Origin: Octopus bimaculoides
Lineage: Eukaryota
Reading direction: 5' to 3'
Length of the DNA stretch: 64,000 nucleotides
Assembly (NCBI RefSeq): GCF_001194135.2
Contig: NC_068989.1
Coordinates: 88,834,683 to 88,898,682, forward strand
This document shows, in pieces, positions 27,301 through 40,233 of this stretch (its first letter is position 1; the number at the start of each line of letters is the position of its first letter). The position numbers and the translations under genes are program-made. Under the pieces are notes generated by a model. The model was not told the origin of the DNA and did no database searches. It saw nothing but the letters and a program-made list of their open reading frames with translations.

Positions 27301-30300
27301 ATTAAGAGCAGCATTTATTTCAAGTTCTATCAACATTCTATCCTATTGCTTTTACTCTATTATACATCCAGTCTATTGCACCATGTTTTTTTTTCTTACC
27401 TACCTACAAATTATTCACCTTCGCCTATCCATACCCTTCTTTGGTCAGAGAAAATAACAATCCTAGATTTAAGATTGACAAATGTTCTCTGCAACACACC
27501 CGTTCTCCTCACTCACTCATACACTATGCACCTTGCTTTGAGGTTTGCACAGTCTGCTTTTTAGATTGTCACTCATTTTTGGGAAGCATAAGTTTAGCTA
27601 TTTCCTGAAATTTGGTGCATACGTTTAACTTTTCAGAAGCACTGTTTATTAATGCAATTTTTATGTTAATGATGCAAGCAGTGTAATTCTTTAACTTATT
27701 CTGGTTGTGGCTTTTTAAAACCATACAGAAAATGGTCAATTTTAACTTTATTATATTCTTCTGAATTTAATAAAACTTTCTTTTCTCATTGTTATGAACT
27801 GTCTTCATTTTAGTTTTCATTTATTTTACAATCTCATTGAATCTTTTATGAAACTGGAGATTGTCTTGTATTTAGTTTTAGATTTCATTTATTTTACAAT
27901 CTCATCGAATCTTCTATGAAACTGGAGATTGCCCTGATTTTAGTAATTAAGACTGTTTAGGTGCTCAACTACTTTAGAAACATTTTGACACTATTCTTTT
28001 ATTTTCTGTGATTTTATCTGTATTGTTTGCTGGTATTTCTAAAGGACTAATACTTCAAATATTAGAACTGCAATTTGTTTGCAAAATTAATGCAGAAATG
28101 AACTGTTCACATTTTGTTATAGTTGTGTAACTTTAAATGTTTTTAGTTCTCCATTGTCTTAAGTGCCTTACCATTTTCACTTGTTACTTTTGTTCAGTTT
28201 CTGCTTACTCTGTCTAGTGTAGGGTGTGTGTCTGTCTGAGCACTGTTTTTTTCCTTTTCACACATTTAACATTTCTAACATTAACATTTCTATGTTGCAT
28301 GTTGTTTAATTATCCACTGGTATCTGTTTGCCACCACCCACCCACCCCACATCTTTCAAAGATGTTCACTTTGATATTATTTTGTTTCAATATTGCTCAG
28401 CTAGCTGAAACATCTATCAGTTGTTGATTTCATACACTATTACATGTATTGCCATTCTGAGCTGTGATCGAGTAATTCATATCTGATGCTAACAACAGAG
28501 CACTGTTCTAATCATTCCCACAAACCTTTGCTCAAAGTTAGCTGTCCATCTCTAATCATGGATACCAGTGGACTGGGTTTTGGGGTTGGTTACCTGGTGT
28601 TTCTTTCCATCACAAGCATGGTTGTCTTTGCACCCTTTCTCTGTGACCTACAACTTGGGGGTCACTCTCATATTGGCTGAATCCTTTCTGCCCACTGAAA
28701 GCCCGAGTATGTTTTCAGTCGAAGGCGACACCACAATAGACGTCACAGAATGGAGCAACAACAACAGCAGGGAGTCAGCCGCAGACAACGATCACCATTT
28801 GGATTTGCACCGTTTGGTTTGGGCATACCTTCTTTCTTTGATGACCCATTTGAATTGGCACCAGCAGGGTAACTAAATGTTTCTTTCATTTTTCTGGCTT
28901 TCAAAATTACCTGCAATTGTTTTTGATTGATTTGATAATGCCTGCTTTTCACTTTGGCATGACAGTTTTTACAACAACAAGCAACTGACATCTTTCTCAT
29001 CTCCTCAAACAATTAGTTGAGATATACAAACCGCTAAATCATTCTGGTAACTATATTTAATATAGTTTAATAATGTACCTTGTGTAAAAAAAAAATTACC
29101 TGCAAGATGTGTGGCGCTTATTAATATGTAGGTCTACTGTCAGAAAAAAAAACGTCTAGCACTGCCAACTGCTTTTCTTATTTGCATCTGTTGAACAAGA
29201 TGCCATGTTTGGCATATAAGACCCTTTATTTCCAAAACATTGCCTCAAAAAAAAAAAAATCACCTTGGGTCCTATATGTGAAGTTGGGCCTATATTATAT
29301 GCTTTAATGCATAAAGAACTTTTTTCCTATATAGGCATTGCCAAAATTGGGGTGCATCTTTTATGTCATCAAATACAGATTTTTACATTTGTTTGGTTGA
29401 TAGTATGAAACACCAAAATTTTTTGTTAAATGGATTCTGCAAATGTTTACAACCACCTTTTCTTTGCTAACAATTTAGTAAATATACAAATATACCCCTT
29501 TGCAAAAGAGGGTTCTAGATCAAAAATATTTCTTTTTAATGGTCAGTGAATTTTAAGAGTGAATTATATTAATACTATGTGGAAAAGAATACAAGTTGAA
29601 ATTATTACTGGTATGCAAACTTGGCTTGCCAAAAATGAACCACCATTGATATTGGTTGGTGGTGGTGGTGGTGGAATTCCATCTTATTACTTTCTTGCCC
29701 CCTACAACTCTTTACTGTCTCTAGTTTATCAAGCACTAACATGTCTGATACAGTATATAGTATCTCAGAAATTTACAACAGCCAATTGTTCAGGGATATC
29801 TTTCTCCCTAAACAAGTTCAATATCAGTTTTGTTAACCAAACAATTGTTGAATTTTAATATTTGATGGTCTCAACCTAAAATGGAACTTCCATAAGTAGA
29901 TTCTTTCTACACCTTATTTCATAAAAGATATTCACTAAAATATAGCTGAAAACTAAATTATTAGCAATTTTCAAGATTAATTACCAAAAAATATAGGAGA
30001 TGGTTTGTTTGGCATTGGCTTTTAATCAAAGGCTGCTTGAATGGCTTTTGCTTCAACAACTCTCTTCCAATACTAACTAAAATGTGGTTTGTTGATGTCA
30101 TGAATATATTGTTTCTCCAAAGAATGATTGCATCTGCTCAGTTCTACTAATCCTATAAAACTAGTTTAAGTTATGTTATTGAAACTAAAACCACAGTTTT
30201 CTGAAGTTATTTTTCTTTTTAGGGTTGATAGACTCTAGTTTAAGATTTCTCTTTATTTTATAAACAAAGTTGTCTATAGTTGTGTTTGAACATTGAATTA

Positions 30301-31993
30301 TAGTTCAAGAAGACTAATTTACCATAAGGCCTTTATTCTAGCTCTGCAGTTTGTTCCACTGCAATATCTTTGGGAAATCTTGTCTACTGAAGCCTTCTAG
30401 TTATCTTCAATCCCTGAACATTGGTATTGGGTGCTAGGGCTCAGAGCCGATCACCTGGTGTCTCTGGCATATAGGTGACTGAGAACAACAACATTCTCCT
30501 ACCTGAATGAGATTCTAATCTCATTCAGGCAGTTACTCATTTACAGTTGAGTGTTATAGAACTTTGTAAAATGAAATGTGCTCAAGAACACAATTTGCCA
30601 CCTGGTCCAGGAATTGAAACCACAATCTTGCAATTGTGAGTGCAACACTGTAACTACTTGGTCACAGGCCTTTACCTTTAATGTATGAGGTGAAGGGAAT
30701 ATGCCACGGTGAGTCCTCTAACCTTGTGTATCCTGAGGAAATCAACCTGCTACTTTTGCAGTAGTCGCTGCTTCAGGTAGTAAATTCTTCAAACCCTGCA
30801 GCACTTAATTTACAATCTGAAAGTTGCCCATTCCACAGACATAACACAGTGCTGGTCACTGCTAATATCTGATTAAATGATAGCTCTTATCTTTCCCAGA
30901 GGTGTTAGAGTAAATAAAACTTTTTAAGATCCTTTCAATAACAATGTGAAACACCTTCTTTTAAGCTGTTCATATTGAAGTTATAATTTTATATTGTAGT
31001 TTTACATAAAATCTTTTATGTTCCAAAACCCAGTTTAATATAGCAATGAAGAAAAAAGGCTAATTATTTTACAAAATCCAAAATTACTTTTTTATCAATT
31101 GGAACTTGGGCAATATATTTCATTAGAAATATAAATCGCAAAGCAAGCATAATTAGAAGTACTAGCATTTAATGATTCTTGATTTATAATTATGGATTTT
31201 GAACTGAGTGAATTTGACTGACCTACTGGTGGTTACTATGTTGTATTTACAAATTGCCAGACCTGATCTTTTCTGATCCATAAGAAAGATCCCCATGGGT
31301 CTGGCTCTCAACTGCTACTATATGTAGTGTTGATTTACCACCTGTATTTCCTATTTAAGTCTACTGGACATATTTTGACCCAAAAAATAAAACATGCTGC
31401 TAGTGACAGACACAAACTAAAAACCTATCAGCTGGGTGTGAGGCATTTTAACTTGTTTGTGCATTGGAGTATGTGATTAACATCCATATTGATATGATTT
31501 TTTCCAAGTGCATGTCTATAGCCTCCAGACCATAACTTTTCATTTCAAATATCCATATCATATAGGAAATCTTTTTTTTTTTNNNNNNNNNNNNNNNNNN
31601 NNNNNNNNNNNNNNNNNNNNNNNNNNNNNNNNNNNNNNNNNNNNNNNNNNNNNNNNNNNNNNNNNNNNNNNNNNNNNNAAAATACAAATGTTCTATTTGA
31701 AAGCCTTTTTACATATGTTATCAGGTTCGAAACTTTGGGGTGTACCAAAGTTGTCCGGTACAACATAGAGTACTGCATGAAACGTCTTGCTCATTATACA
31801 AAGCCTAGGTTACATCTTCGTCAGTGTATACGATTATATTTATCTCTGTAAACTGATTCCTGGTAATGGATTTAGGTGAACTGAGGTGCTGAGAATTGTA
31901 TGTCCAAACACTCTGCAGGACACCAACTGTGGATTTGAACATGTGACCTTTGTACGGGTAGTTAAATACCATAACTACACTACCGTTCCATTG

Positions 31994-32024
<31 letters not shown>

Positions 32025-35000
32025 GAGCAAGGGCAGTTAACTCTTATAAGCATTATGAATACACAACGACTACTATTATTTCTGCAACTCTCAAACTCTA
32101 ATTATCCCATCATTAAAGTGACTGCACGCATTTCATGAGTATTTTTTCATTGAAAATATGGTGTCGCTAATGGGTACGAGATAAGGAAGACCTACTAAAA
32201 TAATCTGCTGTGGGTTTGATGTCTGTAACATTTGATTTCCCCTCCTAAACACTGCTTGTGTAATCAACTCGACAGTGCAACATAATAGAAATCAGACGAG
32301 AGACTTGTGTTGGATTACTAGATTCGTGGTTGTGAATCCTATCAAATCTCATGTCCGGTAACCTTTTTAACTAAGCTTACTAGAAGCAGCAAACAAATCT
32401 CCCGATTCACATTCTACCATCTCCTAAAACGGGCGATATTGCATGTTATAGTATTAGAAATGCTACATCTGATAGTAGGGGAAGACAGCATGTTCAAGGC
32501 TAAGGCACCTTTGATCACTTATTTGCTGGATCAGAGCTGACTTGTGGGGGGGTCAATCTATAAAGCATCTAACTCCTTACTCCCAGTTATGCTGGTAACA
32601 AAAGGAAAATAGTTTCTACTCCTTAGTCATCAGTAGAAGGGTTTCATCCAGCTTCAAACACGTCCTGCCACCCAGTCATGCATGCATGAGTAGCTTGGTA
32701 AAGGGGACTAAGAAATAGAAAGAAGCCCTCAAAACTAAATGTTTCTGAAATATAATTTTAAATGCCTACAGGTAATGTTTTTACCAGTTTATCTCTGATC
32801 ATCATCATCGTCTCATTGTGATTGTGTACTTTGAAAATCAAAAATGTTGTCTACTCTGCCATTGCATAACTTACTGTGAGGGGAAATACCTATAATACAT
32901 GGGTATTGGAAGTTTTGTCTTCTGTCTACTTAATGGAGATTGGAGATAAGCATTATTACTCCAGTAATTTCACGTGACCGATGTTATTTTATGATGTGGA
33001 TTTCAGTTTTGGTTATTTATTTGGGTTTTGAAAAAATGTCCTCCTCACACAAAATACCACTCTGAGGCTTGCATCACTTTGGTTACTAATCCATTACTAA
33101 TATCAGTTTATTTATTACACCATTCACTCACTAACACTACCACTCCCTTATGGATGGCACTGTCTATAATAGTATCAAAGTTAATCACATTGTCTCCAGT
33201 TTCAACTAATCTTCTAAAAATGTCTTCAGATATCCATTATTTGGTTCATTTCTGCATTTCTTTGGTTTTGATTTCTACTCAGTTATACCTTTCTACTTTT
33301 TTTTAATATCTTTCTCTTTCTCACGTCTCTCTCTCTTTCTCACCTCTCTCTCTCTCCTTATCTATCATGCGTGCGTGCGTGTGTGTGCGCACGCGGGCGC
33401 GCACGTAACATCTGTTCCAGAGTTGTTTTTTATTTCCATATTTTATATTCCTTCTTCAGTCTACCTCCTCCTCCTCCTTTCTTTCTGCATCTCTTCTCCA
33501 TGCTTTTAGCTAATTGTTTTCAATCTTTAAGCTTCTACTCCATCTGCTAAATGTCAAAGTCCAGTTAATTAACATTCAGCCACAACTATGTGTGTGTACG
33601 TACATACATATGTAATTGTAATTGGCTCATTATTCATCCTCATTAGAAACAGGCATTAGAATTTTGTTTCCTTTATTTGACATTGCTCTTCTTTTTTTTT
33701 TATTTTTAGTTTATTGAAGATGAATGCCTGCATTTAGATGCCTTATTAACCTCACCATTTCTCTCCAATTCTTTGCATGTACATGGTATGTGTGTGGCTT
33801 GTACACACACACACACGCACGCACAAACCTATTTTGTGAAAGAGTTTTTAACTATAGAACCCATTAAGCTGTATGGAGAGTATTACCTCAAGAGAATAAA
33901 GTAATTAGTACTGAAGTATGTATTGATAAAATGCTTAGTTCCTCATGTGAATAATGGTGATTAACTTAAGGTATGTAGGTGGGTTTTCTTAATTTGCAAG
34001 TGGAAAAAGATTTTTTAAATGGTTTATTCAAGGAGAGTAAAGACAGTGCCTCTTTTTATATATGTATAGGTTGGGTGAGGGTGGAAGTGCAGTAGTTAGC
34101 CGATGCTTACAGCAGTGGTTCCTGCTAAAGGTATCCTAATGTCAGGTGGTAGTGCTTAAACCAGGTGAGGAACTGTCTACCTGTAGTTTAAACCAAGCAG
34201 GGGAGTATAACTTATGGCTATTTGATTGTAAATTTGGTTCTAATGTGTTTTTATCCTGGCTTTGTTGTTTTAGTTCTAAGTGAGCCTTGATCCAGAAAAT
34301 CTATGATCCAATGTCCCCACCATGATCATGCTGTTGTATTTCAGTGGTTCTCAACTGGGGGTCCATATTAAACTTTGTTGCTGCTATTTATGCACATTCC
34401 ACAAAATATTTTATTTTCTTTTACAATTCCTAATAATATAAAAATACAGTAGGGTTTTTTTTTTCTTGTACATTTAATAACTATAGGAAGTCCAGTAGAG
34501 TAAATTAGGAATGAAAGGGATCTATTGGCTAAAAATGGTTGAGAACCACTAGTTTATTCAAACATAGCATTTCTTGCTAAAACCTGATCAGCGTCTTTTG
34601 TGATGGTGCCACAAGAAAATGCAGCCAGTACACTATCTGAAGTCGTTGAGTTGTGGAGACCAAAGCAAATGACCCATGCAGCGGCTCTGAATCTCACCTA
34701 GAAATGACTTGAGCTATGACAATCCAACCAACCCATATAAAGTAAATCTAAAATGATGTGTAATTTGGAGGTTTGGTTGCTGTTTCTAGCAGACTGAGTG
34801 AACGCTTAGATCCTCCTTGTTGACTTGGGTTTGTGTTGCCCTTCTGGGCTTGCAAATAAATAATGCAGGTCATTGTCTTCATTATGCGATGTCCAGACTT
34901 ACTGTTTCATAAGAGTTTTACTTAATTTAGTTGAAAATGACTTTCAGGTCTGATTTTTTTTTTTTTAAATCCTGGTCGACTCTTGTTGAGTGTTAAAAAA

Positions 35001-35860
35001 AAATGTAAAAAAATGATATAAAACAAGACTTAAACAGCTGACTCTTGACTTTCAATGGAAACTGGTGGAAATGTAGCAGTGAATGGAAAATTAATAAATT
35101 AGATTTGTCTTTTATGTACTTAGTGTTAGTCTTACTTAGTATGAATAACTAACTGTGTGCTCAGATAGATAATGGTTAGTTTAAAAAGCCTGGTTAAATA
35201 ACATGGAATACTTTGTACTCTTCGTGTTACTACAGTGTTGATATTTGCTAACAAATACAAAAGCGTGCTGTTGTTTACTTTCAAAGTTTTTTTGCTTAAG
35301 CTTTTTTTTCTTCCCTTCAAGTTCTTTTAATTTTGTTTGCTTTCCCTTACATCATTGACTGCAATCAGTTCTTGGTACCTTTAATTCAACTGGGACCATT
35401 TTAGCAAAACTGTTAAATTCCTTTTGGGGAAGGTATGAACTCTTCTGTTAAAAAAGAATCTTTGCTTTCATGCCATCTACTTGAAGAGTTGATGGCAAAA
35501 TTGGCAAAGCATTGCATAAAATACCTTGTGGTATTTGGTTATATCTCTTTGTTTAAATTCCACCTGGGGTATCATTGCTGTTTATTCTGAGGTCAGAAGT
35601 ACCAGTCAAGTTCTGTGACTGATATTTGCAACCATGCCCTGGAAGGTGATGCCCAACATGGACACAGTCCAGGGACTAAAACTACTCGAAAGAAAAAAAT
35701 TTTAAATCTTTCAAGTTGGCTGAGTTGCTTTATGTTACCTAGTTAATACCTTACCATTCTGGTTTCAAACTATGCCAGTTCCAACTTAGCTTGGGGGTTT
35801 GTTTTTTCTTTTTCTCTCCTCTTTGGTGACTTAGTGAAATGTAATTGATTCAGTCGACCA

Positions 35861-35891
<31 letters not shown>

Positions 35892-37956
35892 GCATAAGCC
35901 CAATCTTTAAAGATGGAAGAAGTTTAACATTTACACCTGCATTAGATTTCAGTCAGTTTGATATCCGATCATTATTGGTTATCTTAATCCTGGATCAGCA
36001 AGCAGATTGGATTCAGGCATGGAAGCTTTATATTTCAACTGGGACAGTAAATATTAGCATATCAGACAATGCCTAGTGGTATTTTCTTTTGGTTCTTTAC
36101 ATTCAGAGTTCAAATCTTGCTGAGATCAACTTTGATACTTTATTTCATTGACCCTCAAAGAGTTGAAATGCAGTCAAGTACTAAAGGTTGATATAATCGG
36201 CTTGTCAATTTCCCCTTAAAAATTGCTGCCCATGAATTCTGCAATGAGCCAACATCCCATTCAAGGATGTTGTGATCTTGATCGCATATATACTATGGCA
36301 ACCAGCCAACTGGCCTTAGGAGTCCTAACGCTCAAGATATATATGTATTTAAACAAAAAATTGTCATAGTGGGTGAGAACATGAGTTCAAATATGGTACC
36401 TGATGATGATTTGGAGATAAAACTGTTCTGAAAGTATCAATGTATATATTAACATTTTCATCTCTGAAGATTTGGTCAATAATTTGAAAAATCACCATCA
36501 CTTTCTTGACACCTAATTTAACTTTACTTATGATTGTATTTTCAGGTTTACTTCATTTTCAAGTACATCATTTACTGGTCCAACAATGGGAGGAAATTTC
36601 CGTTCATCTTCAACTTCAACAAAGTATAATAATGGCAAAAAAATTGTAACCAGAAAGTAAGTAAACCATTTAGTATCTTTCACGTGTACATATTTTGTTT
36701 CTGGTTATTACCTGATGTGCTGACACGAGTCTTTGAGCTTTATAATGATTATAACAGTAGTGTCATCATCACCTCTGCATCTCAGTAATTTGGTCAACTG
36801 TAAATTATTTAACATAGAATACTAGCTGACCCCGTGCTGTCAATAGCTGACGGCTAATTGTAGTATTTTATATGTAAATAAGGTACATAATAGTCACATA
36901 GAAATATTCACATACTTCCCTTGCAACGCTGTTTGATTTTTCTTTTCAGCGTTGAATGTTCACCATCCCACTTCAGTTTGATATCAACCCTTCCTTCCTT
37001 ATTCATCTATCACCCCTTCCTTTCTCATTCATATGTTGTGATGGAGAAAGACGAGTATTATTATTATTATTGTAGATGACTCTTCAGATTGAGCAACATG
37101 TGTCAAGGCAGTCTATCCTTTTTCTCCAGTCATTGAAAGGGTGGGGAGGGGATAAAATATCTTTGCACAGTTATTTTAGTATTAGATTTTAGCAAGTTGT
37201 ACTTTTAAGGATTGTTATGTGAGATTCTTAACTCATTACCAATCTGAATATAAATTCTGGTGGTTTGGCTTCTGGAAATGGGAATTGGCTACAGCAGTTC
37301 TCAAGCAGGGTCCATATGACTCTTGGGAGTCAATTTCCATTATACTTCTACAATACACAATATTTAACAATTTTTTTTTTAATACAATTCCCAATATTTA
37401 ATCATAAAAGTCTAATGGGATTTTGTAAAACCTCAAATGGCTATGAGGGTCCACCCAAGAAAATAGGAATTAAAGGAGCTGAGAACCACTGGTTTGAAAT
37501 CTGGTCAAACAGCAGCAGCAGCAGCAGATATATAGGTTGTCATGGTGATGGCACTGTTTATCATTGGCACCAACAATACTAAAACTGGCAAATGATTTGT
37601 TCATTAGCAATGGTGGGTAGAGCTGTCACCCACACACCCCCTTTTTGTGATGATGGTGGTGGTAGGCCATAGCAAGAAGTTGTCAGGGTTCGACCACCTA
37701 TTACTAGGCTTAAGTTGGGGGGTGACAGGAGTGTCCCTCATTTGTGTCATACAAACTACCATATTTAGTTTGTCCCTTTTACATTGAGTTCCCTTGAATG
37801 ATGGTGACTTGTTTGCTGCATCTGCTGATGTCACTGCTTGAGTTTTTGATGGATTCTTGTGGGGGTTTATTTTTTATTCTCCAATCATGGATTATATCAT
37901 GTACCAACACCATAAAAATCTCTCTTCCCCATCTCTTATTTCCATGAAACCATTAC

Positions 37957-37987
<31 letters not shown>

Positions 37988-38187
37988 GACTATAATTGCT
38001 AACTCTTATTCTGTTTCTCTCTCTGTATTATAGTGTTTGAAATTATATCTTGTCTGTTGATACTCTACTGGTGTATTTGTTTGTTTTCAGGACTATGGAG
38101 AATGGTATAGAAACAGTAACTGTTGAAGAAGATGGGGTATTGAAATCAAAGACGGTGAATGGGGAGGCACAGGCTTTGACCTACTGA
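14382..38187 (+). CDS. DNAJB6: DnaJ homolog subfamily B member 6-like (Mrj/DNAJB6/B2/B8 family) co-chaperone; 7 coding exons, 840 nt, 279 aa
   Basis: Spliced product: [108 protein letters not shown]. All introns are GT-AG and the phases (2,1,1,2,2,2) join without frameshift. Confidence 0.95.
14570..14720 (+). mobile_element. tRNA-derived SINE family E remnant
   Basis: gtggctaagtggttaggatgttgggctcacaatc..cttgaacaaagtgcttcatttcacattg; related to copies at 44160 and 45130. Confidence 0.55.
16005..16285 (+). mobile_element. Decayed SINE with A-like head
   Basis: catggttccaagttcaatcc..gatttggtagacagaaactgaaagaagcc matches family A. Confidence 0.65.
16829..17005 (-). mobile_element. Family C element, decayed
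   Basis: ttccatgctggcatgggt..tttctacaactggatgc..tgccaa. Confidence 0.6.
18968..19115 (-). mobile_element. Family C element
   Basis: atcatcgtcgtcgtttaacgtctgctttccatgctagcatgggttggacg..ggatgcccttcctaatgccaacca. Confidence 0.85.
19690..19830 (-). mobile_element. SINE family A 5' half, decayed
   Basis: ctaccagacccactcacaaggctt..cttgcccaaggtgccatgcagtg. Confidence 0.65.
20345..20520 (-). mobile_element. Family C element, decayed
   Basis: attgctggtatgagttggatg..tttctacagctgggtgcccttcttaacacaaccac. Confidence 0.55.
20704..20813 (+). CDS. DNAJB6: DNAJB6-like coding exon 2 (HPD motif)
   Basis: tttgCAG acceptor, A|GTAAGT donor, 110 nt; [36 protein letters not shown]. Confidence 0.97.
23075..23257 (+). 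CDS. DNAJB6: DNAJB6-like coding exon 3 (end of J-domain, G/F region, helix V)
   Basis: ttttattttTCAG acceptor, CAG|GTATGG donor, 183 nt; [34 protein letters not shown]. Confidence 0.95.
24672..24792 (+). CDS. DNAJB6: DNAJB6-like coding exon 4 (G/F region)
   Basis: ttcTAG acceptor, AAG|GTAAGT donor, 121 nt, phase 1 to 2; ..[23 protein letters not shown]. The exact acceptor is less certain. Confidence 0.8.
26657..26835 (-). mobile_element. Family C element, young copy with (GAT)n tail
   Basis: (cat)n then cgtttaacgtccgctttccatgctagc..ctaacgccaaccactccgagagtgtagtgggtg; CpGs intact. Confidence 0.9.
27815..27931. repeat. Tandem duplication, 68-bp period, two copies
   Basis: tttcatttattttacaatctcat(t/c)gaatctt(t/c)tatgaaactggagattg at 27815 and 27883. 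Confidence 0.9.
28719..28868 (+). CDS. DNAJB6: DNAJB6-like coding exon 5 (Arg/His-rich, polyQ, G/F); symmetric 150-nt exon
   Basis: gttttCAG acceptor, GG|GTAACT donor, phase 2-2; [37 protein letters not shown]. Confidence 0.85.
34342..34551. mobile_element. hAT-like MITE
   Basis: TIRs cagtggttctcaac ... gttgagaaccact; same internal sequence as the copies at 37292 and 51077. No clean TSD. Confidence 0.7.
36546..36656 (+). CDS. DNAJB6: DNAJB6-like coding exon 6 (S/T-rich region)
   Basis: attttCAG acceptor, AA|GTAAGT donor, 111 nt; [36 protein letters not shown]. Confidence 0.95.
37292..37491. mobile_element. hAT-like MITE
   Basis: cagcagttctcaag ... gctgagaaccactg termini. Confidence 0.65.
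38091..38187 (+). CDS. DNAJB6: DNAJB6-like terminal coding exon 7
   Basis: ttgttttCAG acceptor; [34 protein letters not shown] at 38185-38187. Confidence 0.95.
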
Positions 38188-38362
38188 AGTACAAGACTTA
38201 AAAAAAAAAATACTTGTCATATTCCCCTTTTTGGAACTCTAGAACTGAAAGGAACAGTGTAAATACTGGTCATCAGATATGACAGTCTGACTTGGGCTTA
38301 TTGTTTTTTTTTTTTTCTCTTCCTCCAATTTTTTTTAAAAGAATTTTAATTTTTTTATCCCC

Positions 38363-40233
38363 AATAAAAGTTATCACTACTAAATGTTATTTTTTTTCTG
38401 TAAGACTGCACTATTATTTGGAGGGTGTGTAGGTTGGAACCGAAACTACTACTCTAATTACATAACGGTAAATACTCTAGTTCTGAAGTGACAAGAATGT
38501 TGTATATGTACATGTTTGACTTGAAATATATATGTATATACATATGTATATATCAATGTATGTAGATGTATGTGATGATAGGGGTGGGTTGCTGGGCTGG
38601 GTAGGGGCTTTACATAACCTGCAGCACACATTTAAACATTTTCACATTTGGAAATGACAAGTTTCAATAAATCTGGTGATTTGGATCAAAGAAACCCAAA
38701 GTTTGTCTTCTGACAATTCTGCAACCTGGTGCAAAACAATTCAAGTGGGTTCTCCAATATAATATGCACTTTTCTTTGGCAATCGTTAATTGGACAAGTT
38801 ATTTTTTTTAGAAATTCACTTAATTTTTATCGAGCTTTTCATCTCAAAATTGATGCCAACTTTTTTTCTTTTTTTTTTGCCCTTGTTTCTACCATTTGTG
38901 GGATTCTTTATCCCAACCAGTTGTAAAACTGGAAATTTTGCTTATATAACTAGGCAGAACTTGTTTAATATAGAAGACATTACCAGAAAGATCATTTCTT
39001 TATTTATATTTGTCCTTTATTTTTTTTTTTTTTACCACCCACCAAACTGATCTCCTGTAGTAGTGGCTGAATGTTTTCTATGAAAATAAAACTAATTTTC
39101 ATTTAGCTCTTTTATGTTGTTTTTTTTTTTCTTCAAGTTTGAATGTTATCCATTAGCATTCATCTCTCTAGCTGCCTCTATCTGCTGTATTACTTCAACT
39201 TAGTCTGCCATAGTTCAGCTCAAAGTAGTCTCATACAGTTGTGGTTGTGCTGATGGAAATATCTTGGTATGTGTGTTTGTGTATATAGTGTTTAGGTTTT
39301 CAATCAACTGATTTCATAATCCAGTTTCAATTCTCAAGTGGTACCACTTCACTAATGGCCTTTCAACATCTCAATTTTCTATTTCTCCTCTCTATAGTTG
39401 TAACACTCTATTTCTTAGTTTTGATAATTCCAAGGAATCTGTTTTAGTAAATATATTAAAAATAACTAATATTCTTCTATATCGAGAGACATTAAATAAA
39501 TCTTTTTTAACAGTGGAACTCTAAGATAAAACTATTATTTATAGCCTTATTTACTTCAAGTTCCATTTAAAATGATTTAACTGATATTTTATAAGCTTCA
39601 CATTGAAGCCTGAGAACTTTACAAGTTAGATAGTCTATTACAGCTTTGGCTTACCGAAGTTCTGTCGCCTTTTATTTAAGGTAGGTGGTCATTTTACCGA
39701 AGACTTCTATGAATCGCATGATCTCTCTCTCTCTTTCCCTCCCCCCCTCCTTTCTTACAATTAAAAAATTGCTGCCTATCACTCTTCCAAAGTTACATAA
39801 TTTGAAGACTGTCTTTTCTGATCCCTAAAATGAGGTTCAAATCTGCAGTTAATTAATTCTGAAAAATTTTCATCTGGTGCTTAGTAATGATTTACAAAAG
39901 CTTGACAAATATTTTGTAATTAACTTTGTTTATGGGTGAAAGTTACCAATTAACTTGGCTAATACCAAAGACCTCTTGTCGAAATAGTTTTTTTAAAAAA
40001 TCTTCCAGAAATAACCATTCTACATCACTTCACATCTGAATATGGTAGTGCATCTGTACATACATGTTGCTTTATTGTACTTGGTTTGTTTTCCTTTGTT
40101 AGTGAATTCTGCTAAAATTGCACCTTGCCAGAGGAGTTCTCATTAGACTAGACATTTTCTGTACCAAGCCTCCTACGTGAACTTGGCTCCCCCCCCCCCC
40201 ACTCCACTTGTAATTTGAATTGTAAGAAATAAA
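38363..40233 (+). terminator. Cluster of candidate polyadenylation signals (AATAAA at 38363, 38666, 39085, 39495, 40228)
   Basis: Hexamers read directly; the first is followed by a U-rich tract. Which are used is unknown, and AATAAA is common in AT-rich DNA. Confidence 0.5.

Noticed and set aside
32600-32640. Minus-strand CTGATGA..GAAAC
   Set aside because: Stem II is out of register and there is no stem I or III pairing.
38150-38165. Internal donor (ACG|GTGAAT) for a DNAJB6a-like long isoform
   Set aside because: Weak site and no convincing downstream coding exon was found in the window.
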